In this document: one piece after another, positions 34,616 to 48,486 of the stretch | Position numbering within the stretch: position 1 is the first letter of the stretch | Layout: each line of letters begins with the position of its first letter | Assembly (NCBI GenBank): GCA_963796275.1 | Contig: CAWCKY010000006.1 | Location: forward strand, 2,656,001-2,720,000 | Length of the DNA stretch: 64,000 nt | Reading direction: 5' to 3' | Origin: an uncultured Acidobacteriota bacterium | GTDB lineage: Bacteria > Acidobacteriota > Blastocatellia > RBC074 | The notes under the pieces: generated by a model | The model's database searches: none | What the model was told of the DNA's origin: nothing | Seen by the model: only the letters and a program-made list of their open reading frames with translations | Program-made: the position numbers and the translations under genes

Positions 34616-35154
34616 TTATTTGTTGCCGCCTTTGCGGGGTAACAGGTTTGCTCCTGCGTCTGAAGCCTTCGTGCCTGTTTTGGCCGGTTGAGCCGCCTTT
34701 GAAGCCGTGAGTTCAGCGGCTTTGTGAATGGCTTCGCGTATGCGCAAATAGGTGCCGCAACGGCACAGGTTACCATTCATCGCAGTGTCAATATCTGCAT
34801 CAGTCGGCTTGGGTGTTTTCGCAAGCAATGCGCACGCCGACATAATTTGTCCGGCCTGGCAGTAACCGCATTGCGGCACGTCGAGGGCTTTCCAGGCGAC
34901 TTGCACGGTTTGCGTGCCTTTGCCGAAAGTCCTTCAATCGTCGTTACGGACATATACGCTGCAGCCGACACCGGCGTCAAGCACGCGCGCACAGGGCTGT
35001 CATTCAGATGGATGGTACACGCGCCGGAAAAGCCCATGCCGCAGCCGAACTTCGTGCCTTTGAGATCGTGTTCGTCCCGCAAAACCCAGAGCAGCGGCAT
35101 TTCGAGATCGCCGTCAAATTGCTGGTTCTTATCGTTTAGTTTTAGTTTTATCAT
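34616..35154 (-). CDS. (2Fe-2S) subunit, isoquinoline 1-oxidoreductase alpha-like, copy 2 (frameshift near 34920)
   Basis: [15 protein letters not shown] (one Cys to Ser), [14 protein letters not shown]; one base missing in an A-run. Confidence 0.85.
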
Positions 35155-35176
35155 TAGTTTTCTCTGCAAAAAGCGG

Positions 35177-37403
<2,227 letters not shown>

Positions 37404-37412
37404 GGGTTCTCC

Positions 37413-37937
37413 TTACTTCTTGTTGGGTAACAAGGGTGCGCTTGCACGCGTTGCTTGGTTTACCGGTTTGTTCGCCGTTTTCTCAGGTCTCATCTCCGCC
37501 GCTTTGTGAACTGCCGCGCGAATGCGCAAATACGTCCCACAGCGACACAGGTTGCCGTTCATCGCTTCATCAATCTCCGCATCTGTCGGCTTTGGCGTTT
37601 TCGCCAGCAACGCACACGCCGACATGATTTGTCCCGCCTGGCAGTAACCGCATTGCGGTACATCTAGGTCTTGCCAAGCGACTTGGACGGGATGTGAACC
37701 ATCAGGCGAAATACCTTCAATCGTCGTGACGGACTTATTCGCCACCGCCGACACCGGCGTAAAGCAGGCGCGCGTCGGCTGTCCATTCACATGCACGGTA
37801 CAGGCGCCACACAATCCCATGCCGCAACCGAACTTCGTGCCTTTGAGATCCAGTTCATCCCGCAACACCCAGAGCAGCGGCATTTCTGGGTCGCCGTCAA
37901 ATTGACGGTTCTTTCCGTTTACTTTCAGTTTAATCAT
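37413..37937 (-). CDS. (2Fe-2S) subunit, isoquinoline 1-oxidoreductase alpha-like, copy 1
   Basis: [34 protein letters not shown]. Confidence 0.95.
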   Translation of the reverse strand: MIKLKVNGKNRQFDGDPEMPLLWVLRDELDLKGTKFGCGMGLCGACTVHVNGQPTRACFTPVSAVANKSVTTIEGISPDGSHPVQVAWQDLDVPQCGYCQAGQIMSACALLAKTPKPTDAEIDEAMNGNLCRCGTYLRIRAAVHKAAEMRPEKTANKPVNQATRASAPLLPNKK

Positions 37938-37969
37938 AATTTTCTCCTTAAACCCCAGTGCAGTCACTG

Positions 37970-39064
<1,095 letters not shown>

Positions 39065-39113
39065 CAAATCCCCCAACCAATAAATGGCGATATGCTTGAT
39101 TTCTGCGTTTGCT

Positions 39114-40052
<939 letters not shown>

Positions 40053-40192
40053 AAGTTCCTCCACTTCTTTGTATTCTTTATTTGGCATAACAGCCCTTAC
40101 CTCTGAAAGACTTCTTCGGCTACCCCAATCGCGGTAACCGCATCAGGCCAGCCCGCAAGTAAATAGGATGGCTACGATCAGCCTCGACTAGG

Positions 40193-41839
40193 CTAGCGAG
40201 GCTTCGCCGCCTTGGCGGCCTCCTCGGTTACATCCAGACGCGCTTTCCTGGGATCGGGGGCGGCGACCGGCGAACCGTCGGGCCGGACCTCAAGGATCTC
40301 GTTCTTGCTGGGATCGTGACGCGGCCATCTCGGCAGGCCTGGACCATTAGGGTCGCCCGTCTTGGCGAAGTTGGCCCAATAGGTGTTGACCGTCCGGGCG
40401 ACTGCCTGGTCCTGGGGCGTCAAGGTGGCCCCGCGGCGGGCGCCCAGCGTGTCGAAGGCGTAAGGGATTTCTGCGCCATGCGGCACGCCGTTCCGCCACC
40501 GCTCCTTCATCGAGGCTGGGATGTAGGAGAAGCGATACACGTAGGCGGGCGCGCCGTTGGCGACGAAGGCGCTCGCGGTGAAGCGGGCCGGCTCGGTCTG
40601 GACCCGATCGGTACCGGCCATCACGAGCAGAGTCCTGAGTTCGGTGGTTCCGTCGGGGTCATATGCCGCGATCGCCTCGGCTTTTCGCTCCCCGAACTGG
40701 GCGAACAGCGCTTCCTTCGTGTCCGCGCTGATGAAGCCGACGAAATCGGCGCTGTTGGCTCCGATTATCAGCGGAACTCGCAACTGGCGCCCTGCCTCGT
40801 ATGCGATCTGGGCCGTCTCCATACTCAGCCGGCCATCGAGGATCGGACCCGAGTAGGTGACCGGTCCGCCCGGGCCCGCGCTTTCCTGACCTCCGTCTAC
40901 GATCTCGGCGGCGCTGAGCGCGCGCAGCTTGGCCAGTGCGGCCGCATCCACCCCATCGATCCCATACCTGCGCGCGAAGTTCACGCCGATCGTCTCCGCC
41001 GACACTGGATACAGCGGATCGACACCGTCCGCGTGCATCGGTCGCCCGGTGAGCACGCCGTCCCGACCGCCGCCGGACTGAATGATCGCCTTCTGGAACA
41101 GGCCACGCGAAAGCGGCGAGGTCAGGTGCGTATGCACCGAGACGCCGCCCGCGGACTCGCCGAAGATGGTGACATTCTTCGGATCGCCTCCGAATGCGGC
41201 GATGTTCCGCTGCACCCACTTGAGGGCGGTAATCTGGTCCATGTAGGCGTAGTTGCCTTTGAGCTCCTTAGGATGCTCGCGGCTCAGCGCGGGGAACGCG
41301 AAGAACCCGAGGCGCCCGAGACGGTAGTTGAAGGTGACCAGGACGACGCCTTGCTTGGCGAACTGTCCCCCCGAGAAGTCCGGCTGTGAGCCGCTGCCGA
41401 ACACGAAGGCGCCGCCGTGAATCCACATCATAACCGGCAGCTTTGCCCCCGGCGCGGCCGCGGCCGGTCGCCATACATTCATAAACAGGCAATCTTCCGA
41501 CGAGTTCGGCGAGAGCGGCGCAGAGCCGCGTGGAAAGCCTGCCTGCGGACAGTCCGCCCCGAACTTGCTCGCATCACGCTCACCTCGCCACGCCGGCACG
41601 GGTTGAGACGGGCGCCAGCGATTGGCGCCGACCGGCGCAGCGGCATAGGGAATCCCCTTGAAGCTGGAGACATCCCCTTCGGTAACACCGCCCACGATGC
41701 CGGAGGCGGTGCGAACCGTCGGCGTCGCGGGCGTGGGCTCTGGCTTGCTCTTATCGGTTTCCTGTCCGCTTGCTGAAGTAAAAAGGATGGCTGCAATCAG
41801 CCAGAGCGCGATGAATAATTTTTGATGCCTCGTATTCAT
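40193..41839 (-). CDS. Secreted type-B carboxylesterase
   Basis: FKGIPYA, SEDCL, WIHGGAF, NYRLG, FGESAGG, PHGAEI. Confidence 0.95.
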   Translation of the reverse strand: MNTRHQKLFIALWLIAAILFTSASGQETDKSKPEPTPATPTVRTASGIVGGVTEGDVSSFKGIPYAAAPVGANRWRPSQPVPAWRGERDASKFGADCPQAGFPRGSAPLSPNSSEDCLFMNVWRPAAAAPGAKLPVMMWIHGGAFVFGSGSQPDFSGGQFAKQGVVLVTFNYRLGRLGFFAFPALSREHPKELKGNYAYMDQITALKWVQRNIAAFGGDPKNVTIFGESAGGVSVHTHLTSPLSRGLFQKAIIQSGGGRDGVLTGRPMHADGVDPLYPVSAETIGVNFARRYGIDGVDAAALAKLRALSAAEIVDGGQESAGPGGPVTYSGPILDGRLSMETAQIAYEAGRQLRVPLIIGANSADFVGFISADTKEALFAQFGERKAEAIAAYDPDGTTELRTLLVMAGTDRVQTEPARFTASAFVANGAPAYVYRFSYIPASMKERWRNGVPHGAEIPYAFDTLGARRGATLTPQDQAVARTVNTYWANFAKTGDPNGPGLPRWPRHDPSKNEILEVRPDGSPVAAPDPRKARLDVTEEAAKAAKPR

Positions 41840-41959
41840 AGAATCCTTCCGTATGATCCCTGCAATAGACCGCCCCGAAACGCAATGCCGCACATCAATG
41901 CGACAATGAATCGCAATCTCACCGGCGGGTGATTCCGTCGCCGGGCCGACTGTCGCCTG

Positions 41960-43063
41960 TCACTTCAAGGCTTTGTCGAAGAACTCTTTCAGCTTCGCGA
42001 CCGCAGGTGTCACATACTGCGGCCTGTCATACAGATCGATGTGCGTGGCGCCCTCGACGATGAAGAGTTCCTTCGGCTGCCGCGCCTTCTCCATGACTTC
42101 CTTGCTCCATAAGAGCGTATCGGCCTGCGAGCCGGCGATGAGCAAAAGTGGACGCGGGGAAATCGTCTCGAGCTGATTGAAGGGGAAGAAGGCCATCTGC
42201 AGCGGAAGGCTGGAGATGGCGTACTTGTTCGGCGAGTTCGGATGCTGAGCGCGCGCCGTGCGGTAATAGTCGTAGCCCTCGCGGTAGAGCTGCGGCGTGC
42301 TCTCTGTGAAGCTGGCCGGGCTGTCCGGCACCACCGACACCATTTGCACGGGCTCGCCACGGGCTTCGCGAGACCGCGCCTCGCTGGCGGTATTCAGGCG
42401 CTTCATTCGCTCCTCGTAGGAGATCGTACCCATGCCCTCGCGGCGTGCTTCGCCGAGGTTGAACGTGCTCACGGCCGCGACTGCTTTCACCCGCAGTTCG
42501 GTCTGCGCGTTGCACAGCGCATAGCTGCCGCCGGCGCAGATGCCGAGCGAAGCGATACGGTTCGGGTCGACTTGCGGTTGTTGAACCAGGAAGTCAATGG
42601 CGCAACTGATGTCGTCCAGTCGCTGGGCCGGAACCTCCATCAGGCGCGGCTCACCACCACTCTCGCCCTGGTATGAAGCGTCATACGCGAGGGTGATGAA
42701 GCCCTGCTCGGCCAGGCGCTGGGCATAAAGACCTGCCGTCTGTTCCTTCACGCCGCCGAAAGGATGGGTTACGACAATCGCCGCGTACTTCTTGCTTCTA
42801 TCGAACCCGGCCGGTTTGAATAAATTGGCGACGATCATCGTTCCCATGTTCCTGGCCGGATAGGTGACACGCTCGATCTGGAGCCCGGTCTTATTGGGAT
42901 ACCCGATCACTGCTGGCTGCTTCACCGGACCGGCGCTCCTGGTATGGGCCGGCGCCTCCCCTGAAGCCGGCAATCCAGCGTTTACAAAGGCAGCGGCGGG
43001 AACCCCAACTAATGACGCGCCGATGAATCTGCGGCGTCCCTGATTAAGAACTTCATTACTCAT
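41960..43063 (-). CDS. Alpha/beta hydrolase (YcjY-like, Cys nucleophile) with Tat-type signal
   Basis: GRRRFIG; HPFGGVKEQ, YQGESGGEPR, GICAGG, GATHIDLYD. Confidence 0.9.
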   Translation of the reverse strand: MSNEVLNQGRRRFIGASLVGVPAAAFVNAGLPASGEAPAHTRSAGPVKQPAVIGYPNKTGLQIERVTYPARNMGTMIVANLFKPAGFDRSKKYAAIVVTHPFGGVKEQTAGLYAQRLAEQGFITLAYDASYQGESGGEPRLMEVPAQRLDDISCAIDFLVQQPQVDPNRIASLGICAGGSYALCNAQTELRVKAVAAVSTFNLGEARREGMGTISYEERMKRLNTASEARSREARGEPVQMVSVVPDSPASFTESTPQLYREGYDYYRTARAQHPNSPNKYAISSLPLQMAFFPFNQLETISPRPLLLIAGSQADTLLWSKEVMEKARQPKELFIVEGATHIDLYDRPQYVTPAVAKLKEFFDKALK

Positions 43064-43152
43064 GGCTTACTCCTAAATGACTTGTAAATTAAGCGGGACA
43101 TACTCGGGCCTACGCTCGCGCGCGACGGCTCCCGCGATACGTCGTCTGTCCC

Positions 43153-44037
43153 TCATTTCTTCTCGAATACTTCCTTGGCCACTGCAATTGCGGACACCGC
43201 GTTAGGCCAACCAGCGTAAAACGCCATATGGGTAATGGTCTCGACTACTTCCTCTTGTGTCACGCCATTGGTGCGCGCTCGCGCAATGTGAGATCGAAGT
43301 TGTTCGGGACGGTTCATGGCAATCAGCGCCGCCACTGTTACCAGGCTGCGGTCACGCTTTGATAGCTGCGGACGTTCCCAGACATCGCCGTAGAGCACAT
43401 TGTCGGTAATCTCAGCCAATTTGGGAGAGAAGTCGCCAATTGCTCTTTGCGACGGTCTACTTTCACCAGCGGCAGGCGCAGAGGGTGCGGCCACTTGAGC
43501 GCGGACTGGCGCGCTGTATTGCGCATCGCTGACCTTTTCCATCCATTCGACTCGTTTGCCGTCGAGCTGTTGTTCGGTCAGGGCGATGTGCGTCATTGCG
43601 GCGTTGGCGGAGGCTCCGTGCCAGTGTTTCGTGTTGGGCGGAATCTGGACAACATCCCCGGTTCTGATTTCCTGCGTCGGGCCGCCCCAGTGCTGCACCC
43701 AGCCTACGCCCGCCGTCACGATGAGCGTCTGCCCTAACGGATGGGTATGCCACGCCGTCCGTGCTCCCGGCGCAAAGGTGACGCGCGCGCCAGCCAGCCG
43801 CGACGGTTCAATCATCGGCGCTAACGGCTGGATGCCGACCGATCCCGTAAAGTTTTCGACTGTTCTCATCTCAGGCGGCTGGGAACTGTTGCGCGTGACG
43901 CGAATAGCCTGCGCGCTTTGAGCGGCGGCGGCGGTTTCTGAAGTAGTAGCTGACCCATTTGTCTGGGCGGACGCCACAGAGAGAAGGGAGAGCGTGATGG
44001 CAGCTGCGGCGAACAGATTCATTTTCGTGCTTTTCAT
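43153..44037 (-). CDS. Cupin + carboxymuconolactone decarboxylase fusion with signal peptide
   Basis: [17 protein letters not shown]...KHWHGA cupin; [18 protein letters not shown]...[14 protein letters not shown] domain. Confidence 0.92.
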   Translation of the reverse strand: MKSTKMNLFAAAAITLSLLSVASAQTNGSATTSETAAAAQSAQAIRVTRNSSQPPEMRTVENFTGSVGIQPLAPMIEPSRLAGARVTFAPGARTAWHTHPLGQTLIVTAGVGWVQHWGGPTQEIRTGDVVQIPPNTKHWHGASANAAMTHIALTEQQLDGKRVEWMEKVSDAQYSAPVRAQVAAPSAPAAGESRPSQRAIGDFSPKLAEITDNVLYGDVWERPQLSKRDRSLVTVAALIAMNRPEQLRSHIARARTNGVTQEEVVETITHMAFYAGWPNAVSAIAVAKEVFEKK

Positions 44038-44056
44038 TTTCGTCCTTTCATTTCAG

Positions 44057-44386
<330 letters not shown>

Positions 44387-44513
44387 TTATGAGTGCAATT
44401 CTAAAGCTTCAGGGAGAGAGTGCGATAAGACGATACTGGCTAATAATTGTACGATCCTGCAAAATCTCGGTGAGTAGCGTGCGGATACAAACCAAAGAGG
44501 GTAAGATAAATTT

Positions 44514-45440
44514 ATGAAGCAACAAGAAGCGAAACGTGAAGCGCAAAGGACGCAAAGCAACAGAGAAGAACTGGCTGAGCGAATCGCACAAGCCCTTCCC
44601 GAAGACGGAACATTGGATGTCTCCCCCAGCTTTCGCCTCGCTCGTTCATCCAGACCGACCGAGCCGATTCATTCCATGTACCAGCCGGCCTTTTGCGTTG
44701 TCGCCCAGGGCCGCAAACAAGCGCTTTTAGGCGAGGAAGTATTCCGATACGATCCGGGACATTACTTGATCTACACAATTGATTTGCCCCTCACCTTCCA
44801 AGTGGAAGAAGCGTCAAAGGAACGACCCTATCTCGGTTTCCGGCTAAACCTGGATTCTTCTCTTGTCGCCTCAGTCATGATGGAATCCGGCATCGAACCG
44901 AAAAAGGGCCACTTGAGCATGAAGGCGATGGACGTCAGCCCGATGGACGCCAATCTATTGGACGCGGTTGTCAGATTGGTCCGGCTGCTCGACACGCCGG
45001 ATGAGGGCAAGGTTCTCGCGCCGCTCATCATCCGGGAGATCGTTTTCCGGCTTTTGTCGGCGGGGCAGGGCGCGCGGCTCAGCCACCTGCTGGCTTTAGG
45101 AGCAGACACGCATCGCATTTCCAAAGCGATCGGCTTCTTGCGCGAAAACTTTGACCAGCCGCTCAGAATAGATGACATCGCGCGCGAACTCGGAATGAGC
45201 GTTTCCGGCTTCCATCACCACTTCAAGTCCGTAACGGCGATGAGCCCTTTGCAGTTTCAGAAGCAGATACGGCTGCAGGAGGCGCGCCGCCTGATGCTCG
45301 GCGAAGACCTGGATGCGGCGAGCGCCGGGGTCCGCGTGGGCTATGAGGATCCCTCGTACTTTAGCCGCGAGTACAAAAAGCTTTTCGGCGCTCCGCCGCT
45401 TCGTGACATCGCCAAGTTGCGCAGCAACCTTGAACTTTAA
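44514..45440 (+). CDS. AraC family transcriptional regulator (YqhC-like, AraC_N domain)
   Basis: CVVAQGRKQ, HHHFKSVTAMSPLQFQKQIRLQEARRL, VGYEDPSYFSREYK; divergent from the AKR/cupin/hydrolase operon. Confidence 0.95.
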   Translation: MKQQEAKREAQRTQSNREELAERIAQALPEDGTLDVSPSFRLARSSRPTEPIHSMYQPAFCVVAQGRKQALLGEEVFRYDPGHYLIYTIDLPLTFQVEEASKERPYLGFRLNLDSSLVASVMMESGIEPKKGHLSMKAMDVSPMDANLLDAVVRLVRLLDTPDEGKVLAPLIIREIVFRLLSAGQGARLSHLLALGADTHRISKAIGFLRENFDQPLRIDDIARELGMSVSGFHHHFKSVTAMSPLQFQKQIRLQEARRLMLGEDLDAASAGVRVGYEDPSYFSREYKKLFGAPPLRDIAKLRSNLEL

Positions 45441-45749
45441 ACCTTTCAACGCTCGGCCATTTCATTATTGTGTGCTGCGCTTCTCGCCCGCTACCGGACT
45501 CCGAAACCGGCGAGCCCTGTGACGCGCCCCCGAATTTCTGGGTGTTATAAGCTCGGCTCGATCATCAATTTGATGGATTATGAATTTGATCGGCATTACC
45601 TGCTATTGCTGATTTGGCGTAATCCGAATGCCGGAACTGATAAGACCCGACAGCCGTTTGTAGCCAAGCCGACTTGCCTATAGTGACCTTTATCTCACTA
45701 TTCGATAAATAAAAGTTGGATGAGCGGCTCGTTATCGGCTCGTCATATC

Positions 45750-45802
45750 TTTATCAAATTTTTATAGATCGTTTATCACTTTTATACGGCCCGTGCTAGC
45801 CT
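45750..45802 (+). promoter_or_regulatory. KdpE-box-like promoter A (4 x TTTATM, then N10, TAGCCT)
   Basis: Repeats at 45750, 45761, 45772, 45781; TAGCCT at 45797-45802. Confidence 0.65.
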
Positions 45803-46135
45803 GAAAAGGTGACTCCCGCTTATAGTCATCAGAGCGCGGTTCCGTTTGAAATGACTGGACGCGGCACAAAAGTGGCGGCGGCCCTTGTCAGGCTTTCTTC
45901 CACCTCCTTGTTGAGGGCGCTGACGGTCGACCTTAATGATCTCACTTCGACAGCTTACGAGATCGGCAGCATCACCGAGCAGGTGAGCGGCGACTGCATT
46001 GAATCGGTTCTTGGTAGAGAGAAACTTCCCGGCTGGTTCTTGGTGTTCGGCAGGTCAATTGTCCGGTCTGTCCTGGCCATCGGCTGCGTCATCTCGATGA
46101 GTTTTTCTCGAAACAAAATAACAAAATAGACAGTT

Positions 46136-48103
46136 ATGGTCGAATCAACAATTTCGGAAAAGAGGTCTTTCAGCTCATTCAAGCAATGGTTATTAAAAGG
46201 TCAAGTTGAAGAGGTGGAAGGTCCGTACAAACGGGAGAGGAGTTCCCACAAGCACACCTGGTGGCAAGTCATGTGTTTAACCGGGGTCGATTATTTCTCG
46301 ACCCTCGGATATCAGCCGGGCATCGCCTTTCTGGCTGCCGGCGCCCTTTCTCCTATCGCGACTCTGATTCTCGTGCTCTTGACGCTCTTCGGAGCATTGC
46401 CGATTTACCGGCGTGTGGCGCAGGAGAGCCCGCACGGCGAGGGGTCGATCTCGATGCTCGAAGACCTGCTTCCCCGCTGGCGTGGCAAACTATTCGTGCT
46501 GGTTTTGCTGGGATTCGTCGCGACAGATTTCGTCATCACGATCACGCTTTCGGCGGCGGACGCGACCGCGCACGTGATCGAAAACCCGCTCGTCCCACAT
46601 TTTCTGCACAATCATCGGGTGGCGGTAACGCTCCTGCTGGTTGCCATCCTGGGCGGTATCTTTCTGAAGGGATTTAAGGAAGCGATTGGACTGGCGGTCT
46701 TACTGGTCGCCATCTATCTCCTGCTCAACTTAGTGGTGGTTGGCGTTGGACTTTATCAAATTCTGACTCATCCTCAAGTGCTCTCTGCCTGGAAGGAGGC
46801 GGTGTTTCAAATGCCCAAGGTCCATGGCAATCCGTTCCTGGCAGTGGCCGTCTCGTTATTGTTATTTCCCAAACTGGCCCTCGGTCTTTCCGGATTCGAG
46901 ACCGGGGTCGCTGTCATGCCTTTGGTCAAAGGCGATGTCCATGATGATCCCAAAAAACCTGCCGGCCGCATCCGCAATACTCATCGATTATTGCTGACCG
47001 CGGCTCTGATTATGAGCTTGATGCTGATCGCCAGCAGTCTGGTGACGACCATGCTGATCCCACCCGAGTTGTTTCAACCGGCGATTGGTGGTCGCCCGGC
47101 GGGAGATGCCAACGGGCGCGCGTTGGCCTATTTGGCTCATCTATATCTGGGGGAAGCCTTCGGCACGATCTATGATTTGAGCACGATTGCGATCTTATGG
47201 TTTGCCGGCGCTTCGGCTATGGCCGGCCTGCTCAATATCGTGCCGCGTTATCTGCCGCGCTATGGGATGGCCCCGGATTGGGCGCGAGCGACCAGACCTT
47301 TGGTCTTCGTCTTCACAGCCATTGCTTTTGCGGTGACCGTCATTTTTAAGGCCGATGTCGATGCGCAGGGAGGGGCATACGCGACCGGCGTGTTGGTGTT
47401 GATGACCTCTGCCGCCATCGCGGTGACGCTCTCCGTCTGGCGAGAGGGTGCGATCAGATGGGTCTTCTTATCGATCACTATTGTCTTCGGCTATACGACG
47501 ATTGCAAATATTATCGAGCGGCCGGAAGGCATCAAAGTGGCGGCCTTCTTTATCGGAGCTATTATCATTACTTCATTCGGTTCGCGAGCTCTGCGCTCAA
47601 CCGAGTTGCGCGTCGAGAGAGTCGAATTGAACCCCTCCGCCAAAGAATATATCGATGAAGCCAAGAAAGGCACCATCAGGATCATCGCCAACCGTCCTGA
47701 TCGCGGCGACCTAGATGAGTACCGCTTGAAAGAGAAGCAGGAGCGCTGGAACAACCACATCCCGGCCGACGACCCGGTGCTGTTCTTCGAGGTTAGGCCG
47801 GGGGATGCTTCGGATTTCTCCGATGTGCTCAGAGTGCGGGGGGTACAGATCGGGCCATACCGCATCTTACGCACAAAAAGCCCGGCCGTGCCGAACGCCA
47901 TCGCCGCCTTCCTGCTGCATGTTCGCGATGGGACGGAACAAATTCCACACGTCTATTTTGGTTGGACGGAAGGCAATCCATTCTGGTACGTGCTGAAATT
48001 CATCTTTTTCGGCGAAGGCGATACGGCTCCAGTCACACACGAAATTCTGCGACAGGGGGAGCCTGAGCCATCCCGGCGTCCGGCAGTCCATGTCGGCGGA
48101 TGA
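46136..48103 (+). CDS. APC-superfamily transporter, KimA/YdaO-like (probable K+ uptake)
   Basis: [43 protein letters not shown]; ~12 TM plus cytoplasmic tail; sits beside the kdp locus behind a KdpE-like promoter. Confidence 0.82.
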   Translation: MVESTISEKRSFSSFKQWLLKGQVEEVEGPYKRERSSHKHTWWQVMCLTGVDYFSTLGYQPGIAFLAAGALSPIATLILVLLTLFGALPIYRRVAQESPHGEGSISMLEDLLPRWRGKLFVLVLLGFVATDFVITITLSAADATAHVIENPLVPHFLHNHRVAVTLLLVAILGGIFLKGFKEAIGLAVLLVAIYLLLNLVVVGVGLYQILTHPQVLSAWKEAVFQMPKVHGNPFLAVAVSLLLFPKLALGLSGFETGVAVMPLVKGDVHDDPKKPAGRIRNTHRLLLTAALIMSLMLIASSLVTTMLIPPELFQPAIGGRPAGDANGRALAYLAHLYLGEAFGTIYDLSTIAILWFAGASAMAGLLNIVPRYLPRYGMAPDWARATRPLVFVFTAIAFAVTVIFKADVDAQGGAYATGVLVLMTSAAIAVTLSVWREGAIRWVFLSITIVFGYTTIANIIERPEGIKVAAFFIGAIIITSFGSRALRSTELRVERVELNPSAKEYIDEAKKGTIRIIANRPDRGDLDEYRLKEKQERWNNHIPADDPVLFFEVRPGDASDFSDVLRVRGVQIGPYRILRTKSPAVPNAIAAFLLHVRDGTEQIPHVYFGWTEGNPFWYVLKFIFFGEGDTAPVTHEILRQGEPEPSRRPAVHVGG

Positions 48104-48316
48104 GCAGCAGGTTCCGGTTCTATAACAGATTCGCAGGCGCGGGATCCAATTTCGGGACGATTGTTGACGCTGAGCTGATAGAGTTGTTTATTGCTCCAAT
48201 ATCGGCGCCGGGAGAGTGTGTGAGCCGAGGCGACCTCGGAGAAGGGAAGAAATAGCTATATGGACTCCTATTCAAACATCCAGGCTGCACATCGCGATAG
48301 GGAGAGAGGGAGATAC

Positions 48317-48412
48317 AAGCTTCCGGCGCTGAGGGCAGCGCTCAGGGGAAGATTGTTCAATGGACTCATTACGGATGAGATGGCTGCGAAAGAACTTCTC
48401 AATTCCGACTGA
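48317..48412 (+). pseudogene. 3' remnant of a SorC/DeoR-type sugar-binding regulator
   Basis: KLPALRAALRGRLFNGLITDEMAAKELLNSD* matches the K..AI.AAL.G...N.LITDE..A..LL family terminus. Confidence 0.6.
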
Positions 48413-48486
48413 AGTTCTTATGTGCAAAGTTTGACGCACATAACTCAACCCGGCGTCTGCTGCGGAAGATCGACAAGAAACGCCCG

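Noticed and set aside
45803-46135. c-di-AMP (ydaO) riboswitch ahead of the KimA-like gene
   Set aside because: Could not find the GCTGAA / GGGGAACC / CCCGTCAGCTAAC consensus elements by eye; not called.
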